Source: an uncultured Chthonomonadaceae bacterium (GTDB lineage: Bacteria > Armatimonadota > Chthonomonadetes > Chthonomonadales > Chthonomonadaceae). From it: 64,000 nucleotides of DNA. How positions within the stretch are numbered: position 1 is the stretch's first letter; each line of letters starts with the position of its first letter. The position numbers were made by a program, and so were the translations under genes. This document shows, piece by piece, positions 1-8,573 of the stretch. Location of the stretch: NCBI GenBank assembly GCA_963817895.1, contig CAWFQB010000005.1, forward strand, positions 160,001 through 224,000, in the 5' to 3' direction. The notes beneath the pieces were generated by a model. It made no database searches. It was not told the origin of the DNA and saw only the letters and a program-made list of their open reading frames with translations.

Positions 1-57
1 TTGTATTGTCGGATCCCCCTGTGCTTCTCCTGTATGCGCGTGTCTTCTATCGCAATA

Positions 58-1743
58 ATGCGACGTGTCCTGCCCACGCTGATAGCCCTCTGCGCTCTCT
101 GGCTATGCTGTCTTTTCCCGGCCCACGCGGAAGGCAAGAAATGGGCGTTGCTCATCGGCATTGAGGAATACGACCGGGCGGAGATCAGCCATCTCGATTT
201 TGCCGTCAAGGATGTCAATGCCATTGCGCGCGCTTTACAGCAGAATTTGGGCTATGAAGCGGCCAACATCCGCACCATGACCAGCGCTATCAAAGACGCT
301 AACGACTCCAACCGGCCTACTAACGACAATGTGATTGCCACGCTGGAACGGCTGGCAAAAAGTGTAGGGCCGAAGGATACGTTCCTTTTCTACTTCACCG
401 GACATGGGTTCAACAAGGAGGGGCAGAACTTCCTCGCCTCCGTCAACGCCAATCCATTTTCAGTCAACACGCTCAGGCGCAGCGCTATCCCCCTGGCTGA
501 TTTGCAGCAGGTCATGCAGGCGTTCAAGGCGCGGCAGGTGCTGTTCATCATTGACGCTTGCCGTAACGACCCGGAAAAGGGCAAGGGTGAGGGCGACAAC
601 AAACTGACCGGCGATTTCAGCAAGAGCCTTGTTGTTGCGTCTCGTTCGGCGCGGGCGGGCAGTGCGGGCGTGTTGTTTGCCTGCTCGGAGGGTGAGCGCG
701 CGTTTGAAGATCCGAGCAAGGGGCAGAGCATTTTTACCTACTATCTGCTGGAGGCGCTGGCGGGAAAAACAGGCAACAAGGGGGCGCTGGCGATGGCGGA
801 CGTGACCGCCTATGTGCGCAAACAGGTCGGCATCTGGGCGAAAGAACACGGCAAGAAGCAGACGCCAGAACTGTTGCCAAAAGAAGCCAATCAGTTGGTG
901 TTAGCCGATAGGATCACGGCGTCAAGTTTTCCTGTCGAGCAGGCAGTGATCAAACTGCTGGACACGCGCACTGCGCTGACCATTTCCAGTAACCCGTCCG
1001 GCGCGAAGGTGTTTTTGGACGGTCAGGATACGGGCAAGACCACGCCTGTGACTCTTGAGGTGGATCTGGGTTTCAAAGACACAGAGGAGGTTGAGGTCGG
1101 GTTGCAGAAGCCTAACTACAAGACGCTGGTACTGACAGCGAGACTGCAACGGGGCAAGACGTTGAAACTGGAACAGGCTTTGAAAACGGCGCCAGTTATA
1201 TCCGGCGTGTCGTCTGGCCGACCAACAGAGGCTCATAAACTGGATACGCCGCCGGTATTAAACTTTGTTGTAGATGATATTGATGGCAAGCCGGTCAACC
1301 TCGCTCAATACACAGGCAACGTAATCTTGATTGTCAACGTTGCTTCCAAGTGCGGCAACACACCTCAGTACCGTGATCTACAGGCTGCCTATAATCAATA
1401 CAGGGAAAAAGGCTTCACGATTTTGGGATTTCCCTCAAACGATTTCGGTAGGCAGGAACCAGGTTCGGAAGCGGAAATTAAGCAGTTCTGCCAAGAACTG
1501 TACAATGTAACCTTCCCCATGTTCTCCAAAATCAGGGTCAAGGGGGATGATGCGACTCCGTTGTATAAATTTCTGACCGACCCGAAAACGGACCCTGAAT
1601 TTGGCAAGCCCATTGACTGGAATTTCGCCAAGTTCCTGATCAACCGCAAAGGCGAAATTGTTGCTCGTTTCCCCGCAAGCCTCAGCCCTTCTAGTCCCAT
1701 TATTGTCAAGGCGATTGAAGATGCGCTGAAAGAAGAAAAATAG
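58..1743 (+). CDS. Exported caspase-family (peptidase C14) protein with PEGA domain and C-terminal glutathione peroxidase domain
   Basis: Signal peptide (MRRVLPTLIALCALWLCCLFPAHA); ALLIGIEEY, FYFTGHG and IIDACRN (His/Cys dyad); PEGA-like ISSNPSGAKVFLDG; GPx motifs NVASKCG, GFPSNDFGRQEPG, WNFAKFL. Start placed at ATG 58. Confidence 0.9.
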   Translation: MRRVLPTLIALCALWLCCLFPAHAEGKKWALLIGIEEYDRAEISHLDFAVKDVNAIARALQQNLGYEAANIRTMTSAIKDANDSNRPTNDNVIATLERLAKSVGPKDTFLFYFTGHGFNKEGQNFLASVNANPFSVNTLRRSAIPLADLQQVMQAFKARQVLFIIDACRNDPEKGKGEGDNKLTGDFSKSLVVASRSARAGSAGVLFACSEGERAFEDPSKGQSIFTYYLLEALAGKTGNKGALAMADVTAYVRKQVGIWAKEHGKKQTPELLPKEANQLVLADRITASSFPVEQAVIKLLDTRTALTISSNPSGAKVFLDGQDTGKTTPVTLEVDLGFKDTEEVEVGLQKPNYKTLVLTARLQRGKTLKLEQALKTAPVISGVSSGRPTEAHKLDTPPVLNFVVDDIDGKPVNLAQYTGNVILIVNVASKCGNTPQYRDLQAAYNQYREKGFTILGFPSNDFGRQEPGSEAEIKQFCQELYNVTFPMFSKIRVKGDDATPLYKFLTDPKTDPEFGKPIDWNFAKFLINRKGEIVARFPASLSPSSPIIVKAIEDALKEEK

Positions 1744-1782
1744 TAGGGCAAGTAAAACGATTATTTCGAAGGGAAGAATTTC

Positions 1783-3441
1783 ATGCGCCAATTTGCTTTG
1801 CTGTTTTTGTTGTGGTGCGCTACTGTTGCGAGTGGTCGCGTATTGGCGCAGGACAAAACGCTGACCGTTCGTTCGATAGCCGAATCCCCGTCCTTCGCAA
1901 AACGCGCCCTTGTCATCGGGGTCGGGCAGTACGAACACGCCGGTTCGCTGGCCCCCACCACCTACAACGATGCGCGCCGCTTTGCCGACCTGCTGAAAAC
2001 ACAGTTCAAGTTTCCTGACGAGGCGATCACGCTGCTGACCGATGCGCCTGGTACGCCCAATAGCCAGCATCCCACCTTCATCCATCTGCGCAACGCCTTC
2101 AAGACGCTGCTGGCGGGCCTCAACGACAAGAGCGAAGTGGTCGTCTACTTTTCCGGGCATGGCACACGAGCGGAAGATCACGACTGGCTGGTTCCTATGG
2201 ATGGTCTGCCCTCGGATGTAAACGCGACCTGCATCAACTACGACGAGTTCAAAAGTCAGTTGAACACCAGAACGCCTGCCCGCGCCCTGCTGATCGTGGA
2301 CGCTTGCCGCAACCTGTCCGGCGGCAAGGATGCAGGTTCAAGCGGGTTCGGGGCGGGCAAAGGGCTGGCAGGGCCGCAGTTTGCCGAACTGCTGTCGTGC
2401 CGCCCGAAAGAGGAGAGCAAAGTCGGCAAGCCCGTAGACTTTGAGGAGAGCGTGTTCACGCACTATCTGTTGCAGGGATTGCGGGGCGATACGGACGCGC
2501 AGGACAACGGAGTCGTGACCTTCGATAGCCTGAACGAGTATGTACAGGGCCGGGTAAGCCAGTACGTATCGAGCAAGTTCGGGGAAGCGCAAAACCCGGA
2601 AGGCCGTGCATCACTGGGCAAAATGGTGCTGGCGAAGGGTCCAAATGTGGTCAAGCCTCTCGTTGCGTCACCACAGGCTGCGCTAAATTCTCCTCTAGCC
2701 AACCCGGAAAAACCCGTGTTGCCAGGCGGGGGCGGTAGGAAGTTAACGGGAGCCATACGTCCGGTAGAAGCACAGGCAGGCGATATGTGGGTAAACCCGA
2801 AGGATGGGGCGGAAATGGTCTACATTCCAGCAGGCCCCTTCATTATGGGCGATGATGGCATATTTAAAAATCTTAATCCCCGCCGTACAGTCACACTATC
2901 CGGTTATTGGATTTACAAGAACGTTGTAACGGTGGGAATGTACAAGCGTTTTTGTCAAGAGACAGGTGCGAAGATGCCGGATTTCCCTGGGTACAATCCT
3001 GATTGGAGCAAGGAAGATCATCCAGTAGTATGGGTGACATGGGAAAATGCTATGACGTACTGCCAGTGGGCTGGTGTGTCACTGCCAACGGAAGCGCAGT
3101 GGGAGAAGGCCGCACGCGGTATAGACGGGCGTACCTTCCCTTGGGGTGACACGTTCGATCAGAGCAAGGTCTGGGACATTAAAAATGCTGGCACTTCTCG
3201 AACAAGAACAACAGCAGTGGGCAAATACGGCCTGAGTGTGTATGGCTGCTCAGACATGGCCGGAAATGTGATCCAATGGTGTGCCGACGAGTTCATGATG
3301 AACGGAGAAAAGTACCATAACACTAGGGGAAGTAGTTACGAAGGTCATGCAGTCTCTGTCTACTGCGCTAGTCGCGGCGGCGGGTCCGGTCCCAATGGTT
3401 CGGGTAATTTGATCGGCTTTCGCTGTGCGTCAGGACTTTAA
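1783..3441 (+). CDS. Exported caspase-family protein with C-terminal FGE-sulfatase (SUMF1-like/CLec) domain
   Basis: Signal peptide; YFSGHG and VDACRN; FGE motifs IPAGPFIMG, HPVVWVTW, LPTEAQWEKAARG, DMAGNV, GFRC. Confidence 0.92.
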   Translation: MRQFALLFLLWCATVASGRVLAQDKTLTVRSIAESPSFAKRALVIGVGQYEHAGSLAPTTYNDARRFADLLKTQFKFPDEAITLLTDAPGTPNSQHPTFIHLRNAFKTLLAGLNDKSEVVVYFSGHGTRAEDHDWLVPMDGLPSDVNATCINYDEFKSQLNTRTPARALLIVDACRNLSGGKDAGSSGFGAGKGLAGPQFAELLSCRPKEESKVGKPVDFEESVFTHYLLQGLRGDTDAQDNGVVTFDSLNEYVQGRVSQYVSSKFGEAQNPEGRASLGKMVLAKGPNVVKPLVASPQAALNSPLANPEKPVLPGGGGRKLTGAIRPVEAQAGDMWVNPKDGAEMVYIPAGPFIMGDDGIFKNLNPRRTVTLSGYWIYKNVVTVGMYKRFCQETGAKMPDFPGYNPDWSKEDHPVVWVTWENAMTYCQWAGVSLPTEAQWEKAARGIDGRTFPWGDTFDQSKVWDIKNAGTSRTRTTAVGKYGLSVYGCSDMAGNVIQWCADEFMMNGEKYHNTRGSSYEGHAVSVYCASRGGGSGPNGSGNLIGFRCASGL

Positions 3442-3450
3442 TGAATGTGT

Positions 3451-3507
3451 CCGGAGTTGAAACCCCGGTCTGGAATTGCGAAGCCCGCCTTCGCGGACTG
3501 AATACGT
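3451..3507. repeat. REP-like double-hairpin repeat, copy 1
   Basis: ccggagttgaaaccccgg-tctggaattgcg-aagcccgccttcgcggact-gaatacgt; nearly identical to 5252-5307. Confidence 0.85.
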
Positions 3508-3544
3508 GCGTTGATGGCAGGTAGGGAGAGGTAGGGCGATAGCG

Positions 3545-5230
3545 TTGATTGTTCAGATAAGGAAATGGGCTTATGCCCCGTTACTCGCTTTTACGTTGAT
3601 ACTGAGTGTGTGCTGTGTCCTGAGTACAAGCCCAGGTTCGGCACAGCAGAGCAAAACCTTGGCTGTTCGGCCCAAAACCGGCGTTCTCGCCGGACAGACG
3701 GCCTACACCAATTCCTATGCGATTATCATTGGCATCGGCGACTATGCGTTCCTGCCCAAAGACAAACATCTGGACTTTGCCGCCAAAGACGCCACCGACC
3801 TCCGCGATGTACTGATCCGCAGTTACGGCTTTCCCGCTGAGAACGTCACCCTGCTGCTGGATGAACAGGCGACACGCGCCAACATTGAAGCGGCCCTGTC
3901 CGCTCTCAGCGATGACAGGATAAAGCCGGACGACCGGGTCCTGATCTATTTTTCGGGACACGGGCAGACGGTCAAACTACAGGACGGCGGCGAGATGGGC
4001 TTTCTGATTCCGCACGATGCGAAGGTGGATATGGCGCACCCGGAGAACCGTAGTGGCTACCTGAAGACCTGTCTGCGCATGGACTCGCTGTGGGGCTATC
4101 TGGAAGCGAGCGCGGCGAAACACCGTCTGCTGCTGGCGGACGCCTGTTTTGGCGGCCTGCTGATTCGTGGGAAAGCGCTCAACGGGGAAAAGCCGAACCG
4201 CGCCGTGATCGCCAATCTGCTGGCGCGTCCGGCTTTGCAGGCGATGACGGCGGGCGCGAGCAACCAGGAGGCGCAGGAAGACCCGAAACTGGGACACAGC
4301 GCGTATACCTTCAAACTGCTGGAAGAGTTGAAGGCGCAGGCGGCAACCCCGGACAACGTGTTTCTCGCGTCCGAACTGGCAGCGGCCTTGAAAACTTCGG
4401 TAGCGAACCTGACCGACAGCAAACAGACGCCACAATTCGGCAACTTCCGGGGCACGGAGGGCGATTTCGTTTTCGTCGCCACCAATCCGCAGCAGGTAAT
4501 AAAGTTGGCTACCCCGGCAAAACCTGTCAAACCGGCTTTGTTGGATAAAGCCGAATTGGTGTATATTCCGGCAGGCGAGTTCACGATGGGGAGCGAGGGC
4601 TTTTCTAGTGAAAACCCTGTCCACAAGGTGTATCTGGACGGGTACTACATCTACAAGATGCTGGTAACGGTGAAACAGTATCTGACCTTCTGTGCGGTGA
4701 CCGGACACGCAAAGCCAACCGCACCAGACTTCAATCCAAACTGGAGCAAGGCAGATCATCCGATAGTGAACGTGAGTTGGGACGATGCGACAGCCTATTG
4801 CCGCTGGTTGAGCCAGCAGACTGGGCGAAGGGTTACGTTGCCAACGGAGGCTCAGTGGGAGAAGGCAGCGCGTGGTGAAGACGGACGTGAATTTCCATGG
4901 GGCAATACGTTCGATGGTAATCGGTTGCATCGTTCGGCAACGGGTACGGCTTCTGTGGGCAGTTTTCCCGGTGGAGCGAGTCCTTACGGCGTATTAGACA
5001 TGGCAGGAAATGTGTGGCAGTGGTGTGCGGACTACTATGGTGATACTTACTACCAGTCATCGCCGAAGCAAAACCCGACCGGGCCTGCAAGCGGAATTTA
5101 CCGCGTGTTTCGGGGCGGTTCTTGGGACAACACCAACGGCGAGTACTTTCGTTGCGCTCTCCGCAATGGGCACACGCCCAGCGCTAGGGACGATAACTTC
5201 GGGTTCCGTTGCGTGGTGTCTGCGGAGTAA
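3545..5230 (+). CDS. Exported caspase-family protein with C-terminal FGE-sulfatase domain
   Basis: Signal peptide; YAIIIGIGDY, YFSGHG, LADACFGG; LPTEAQWEKAARG, DMAGNVWQW, RGGSW, FGFRC. Confidence 0.92.
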   Translation: MIVQIRKWAYAPLLAFTLILSVCCVLSTSPGSAQQSKTLAVRPKTGVLAGQTAYTNSYAIIIGIGDYAFLPKDKHLDFAAKDATDLRDVLIRSYGFPAENVTLLLDEQATRANIEAALSALSDDRIKPDDRVLIYFSGHGQTVKLQDGGEMGFLIPHDAKVDMAHPENRSGYLKTCLRMDSLWGYLEASAAKHRLLLADACFGGLLIRGKALNGEKPNRAVIANLLARPALQAMTAGASNQEAQEDPKLGHSAYTFKLLEELKAQAATPDNVFLASELAAALKTSVANLTDSKQTPQFGNFRGTEGDFVFVATNPQQVIKLATPAKPVKPALLDKAELVYIPAGEFTMGSEGFSSENPVHKVYLDGYYIYKMLVTVKQYLTFCAVTGHAKPTAPDFNPNWSKADHPIVNVSWDDATAYCRWLSQQTGRRVTLPTEAQWEKAARGEDGREFPWGNTFDGNRLHRSATGTASVGSFPGGASPYGVLDMAGNVWQWCADYYGDTYYQSSPKQNPTGPASGIYRVFRGGSWDNTNGEYFRCALRNGHTPSARDDNFGFRCVVSAE

Positions 5231-5244
5231 GGGGACGCGGGGTT

Positions 5245-5307
5245 GTAGTTCACGGGGTTGAAACCCCGTCTGGAATTGCGAAGCCCGCCTTCGTGGGCTG
5301 AATACGT
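5245..5307. repeat. REP-like double-hairpin repeat, copy 2
   Basis: GTAG tetranucleotide, then hairpin acggggttgaaaccccgt and second hairpin agcccgccttcgtgggct. Confidence 0.85.
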
Positions 5308-5529
5308 TGTATTGTTTGATGGGTTGTGAGTGGGGAACACTTGTTACGGTTTTGTTCAATGGTTGACGGGAACAAAGCAAGGAAAAATGATTGGCGGCGC
5401 AGAATTCGGTTATCGTTCCAGCATCTGTAGACCGCGAAGACTGACTTGGCAATTCCGACCGGGGTTTTATCCCCGCGTTCCTGTCTGTGTTTCAAAATCT
5501 TGCAACTCCAAGTAATTGAGGGAGATACC

Positions 5530-8091
5530 ATGCACACTGTGCCAACGATACGCCAATCTAATCCTCGTCTCATTCTCCCGCTTGCTGCGCTTTTGAGCGT
5601 GTCTACTCTGTTGGCAGGCGCACTGATTCACCCCTCCGCGCGGGCGCAACTCGCAGCCCCGGCAGGATTGGCGGCAAAGGCGCAGGGAATTCTGGAAAAG
5701 AACTGCGCCCAGTGTCACGGCGCGCAGAACCCTGCCTTCGGCATCAACGTGCTGAAGCGGGAAAGTCTGCTCGCCACCAAAATGGTGCTTCCCGGCAAAG
5801 CGAAGGATTCCGAACTTCTCGAAGCCATTGTCAGCGGCAGAATGCCCAAAGGCGGAGGCAAACTTGCCGAAGCCGATATACAGACGCTGACACAATGGAT
5901 TGATGCGGGCGCGCCCGACAAAGACGCGGCTGCCGCGCAACCCGGCAAGCCGACCGGACGCGCGTTTCTGTCCGAAGCCACGCAGCTCAAAGCCATCGTG
6001 CGCGACCTGGAAGCCGCCAATGAGCGAGACAGGCCCTACCTGCGCTACTACAGCCTCGCCAACGTGTCCAACAACCCGGAAGTGACGGACAAACTGCTTG
6101 CGCTGTATCGCGGCGCGCTCAGTAAACTGGTCAATCACCTCTCCTGGAATGTCGAAATCGTCAAGCCCAAAAGCGTCAATTCCAATGGCGCGCTGCTGCG
6201 CATTGATTTGCGCGACTATGATTGGACGCCTGCTATCTGGCAGCGAATTATTGCCGCCTATCCCTACGGCCTGCGGGCGCGTGGGCTGTCGGGCGAACTG
6301 GCGCAGATCAAGGCGCTTTCGGGCGCGGAACTGCCTTATATTCGTACCGACTGGTTTGTCGCCAATGCCAGCGTGGCCCCACTTTACCACGATATTCTGC
6401 TGCTACCCGACAATTTGGCCGACTTGGAAAAGAAACTACAGGTCAATGCGGAAGACGACTTCGCGCAGGACAAAGTGGTTCGGGGCGGCGTGCGCAACTC
6501 CGGCGTGTCGCACAACAACCGCGTCATCGAGCGGCATCGCTCACTCTATGGGGCTTACTGGAAAAGCTACGATTTCGCCAGCAACGGCAACGACAAGAAC
6601 ATCTTTCTGGATCCGATTAGCTTCCATGAAGACGGCGGCGAGTTCATTTTCAACTTGCCCAACGGTCTGCAAGCCTATCTGGTTGCGAACGCGCAGGGTA
6701 AGCGACTGGATGAAGCGCCCATCAAAATCGTGCGTGACCGCTTCACCAATCCCGACGATCCCGTTGTCCATAACGGGCGTTCCTGCATCGGCTGCCACAC
6801 CACCGGTATGAACCGGATGCAAAACGAGGTACAGCAGATGCTGGACACGCAGACCCACACCGCCTACGACCTGGACAAAGCGAAAAAAATCTACGTGCCG
6901 CAGGAGGAACTGAACCGTTTCTTTGCGCAGGACGATGACCGGTTCGGCAAAGCGGTCTTGGCGACGGGCAACGACATTCCCAAACAGCCTGCCGATGAGC
7001 CGGTCAACATCTTGTCACAACTGTATCTCTCAGACCTGACAACGGCACAGGCAGCGGCGGACGCGGGGCTGGACATAAAGGAGTTCCAGAAGCGCGTCGA
7101 ACGCAGTTCCGAATTGCAAAAACTGGGATTCGGGCAGTTGACTATTGCCAACGGCGGCATCAAGCGCGATGCGTGGGAGCAATACTTCGGCAATCTGGTC
7201 GAAGAAACGGGATTGGGCGAATATCTCAAGCCCACGCAGTTTCGCGGACAGGGCCAGAACAACCAGGTCGAGGCCGCGCGGCGGACTATACGCTTTGTGT
7301 CCTTCACCGGCCCACAGTCGAGACAAGCGCGGCAGGATATAAAATCGTGGCTGCGGCGTAGCGACGACTTACAACTGGTTTCGGGCGGCGCGGATGTCAG
7401 CCTTACAGGGACGGTGACGACGGTAGGCAATGAGCGCGTCACCATCGTTGTGCGCGACCCTGCGCAGGGTTTGTCGGAAGAAGCAAGCGGTACGCCCGAT
7501 GACCTGCATTTTCTGACCGAGCAACTCGCCGATAAGATCAATCTGCGCCTGACCGGGCGGCGGTTGGCATTGAACGCGGCGCAAGCCGCGCGTCTGCCTG
7601 TCAATGCCGCTGTTCCCGCCGACCCCGCGCTCACGCTTCAGCAGGCGTTTGGCAATGGTGGACCGGTGAAGGTCGCCCTTTCCATTGATCGTGGGCCGGG
7701 TTCCACATATCGCGGCGGCGAAGCGGTCGTGGTGCGCTTCACGGTGAATCAGGACTGCTTTCTACAGATCAAGAACCTTGACTCGGCAGGCAACGTGGTA
7801 AACTTATTCCCCAACGAGTTCTTCCCCGACGCCCATGTCCGCGCAGGGCAGGTGTACGAGTTGAAGGACGACAAGGGCAAAGAGATCATCTCCGTGGATG
7901 CGCAGGGCGTATTCGGACGCGAAACGATCCTGGCCTTTGCCACGCTGGACGAAGCGGCTCTGCCCGGCGTGAAATCCAAAACACTGAAAGTGGAAGGCCA
8001 GAGCGCGTCCCGCTTCACGCAGGATGTGCAGAAAGCCTCTGCGGGCAAGCGCGTTTCCAGCGCGTCCCTGCAGTTCTTCACCGAGCGCTAA
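5530..8091 (+). CDS. Exported c-type cytochrome (planctomycete cytochrome c-like N-terminus, second CxxCH) with C-terminal DUF4384-like domain
   Basis: GGAG RBS before ATG 5530; signal peptide; CAQCH...RMPK; SCIGCH; C-terminal YRGGEAVVVRFTVNQDCFLQIKNLDSAGNVVNLFPN resembles DUF4384. Confidence 0.82.
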   Translation: MHTVPTIRQSNPRLILPLAALLSVSTLLAGALIHPSARAQLAAPAGLAAKAQGILEKNCAQCHGAQNPAFGINVLKRESLLATKMVLPGKAKDSELLEAIVSGRMPKGGGKLAEADIQTLTQWIDAGAPDKDAAAAQPGKPTGRAFLSEATQLKAIVRDLEAANERDRPYLRYYSLANVSNNPEVTDKLLALYRGALSKLVNHLSWNVEIVKPKSVNSNGALLRIDLRDYDWTPAIWQRIIAAYPYGLRARGLSGELAQIKALSGAELPYIRTDWFVANASVAPLYHDILLLPDNLADLEKKLQVNAEDDFAQDKVVRGGVRNSGVSHNNRVIERHRSLYGAYWKSYDFASNGNDKNIFLDPISFHEDGGEFIFNLPNGLQAYLVANAQGKRLDEAPIKIVRDRFTNPDDPVVHNGRSCIGCHTTGMNRMQNEVQQMLDTQTHTAYDLDKAKKIYVPQEELNRFFAQDDDRFGKAVLATGNDIPKQPADEPVNILSQLYLSDLTTAQAAADAGLDIKEFQKRVERSSELQKLGFGQLTIANGGIKRDAWEQYFGNLVEETGLGEYLKPTQFRGQGQNNQVEAARRTIRFVSFTGPQSRQARQDIKSWLRRSDDLQLVSGGADVSLTGTVTTVGNERVTIVVRDPAQGLSEEASGTPDDLHFLTEQLADKINLRLTGRRLALNAAQAARLPVNAAVPADPALTLQQAFGNGGPVKVALSIDRGPGSTYRGGEAVVVRFTVNQDCFLQIKNLDSAGNVVNLFPNEFFPDAHVRAGQVYELKDDKGKEIISVDAQGVFGRETILAFATLDEAALPGVKSKTLKVEGQSASRFTQDVQKASAGKRVSSASLQFFTER

Positions 8092-8573
8092 TCCATGGTT
8101 GACGCTCAATTCTTTTCTACCTGAGCTGAAAAATTGGAAAAAAACGAAAAGGAATGAACCTGTGTCGTTTATAGCGCGTCTAATCATGCAGACCTACGTC
8201 TACTATCAGTCAGGTGGCGGGATGTTGAGAGTTCGTTGTTGCTATCAACTCTCAATTCGCAACAATCTTACCCGGAAGGGAGGTGCAATGAAGATGCCTG
8301 TAAACGCCAGCCGCTCGCCCTGATGCCCGTGAGGTCACGACGCCTCTACTTAAAAACTTGATATAACGAGCCGCCGTGCTGGAAGCGCTGCATTGCCAAT
8401 ATTTCGACGACGCCTCTACATATTTCCTTTTTTAGATGTATTCGCCCTGTTTCCGTCGTCAACACGCAAGAGCATCAGGCAATGTTTCAGGTACAATTCT
8501 AACTTCATTATCGTTTTTTCCACACCGGTCACGTACTGAATTCCGCGCTCTTTTCCGAAAAGTAACCACTCCC

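Noticed and set aside
1245..1743. Selenocysteine in the GPx domain
   Set aside because: The active-site codon is TGC (Cys) with no in-frame TGA.
3451..5307. Repeat pair as CRISPR repeats or IS terminal repeats
   Set aside because: Only two direct copies 1.8 kb apart, with no spacers, cas genes or enclosed transposase.
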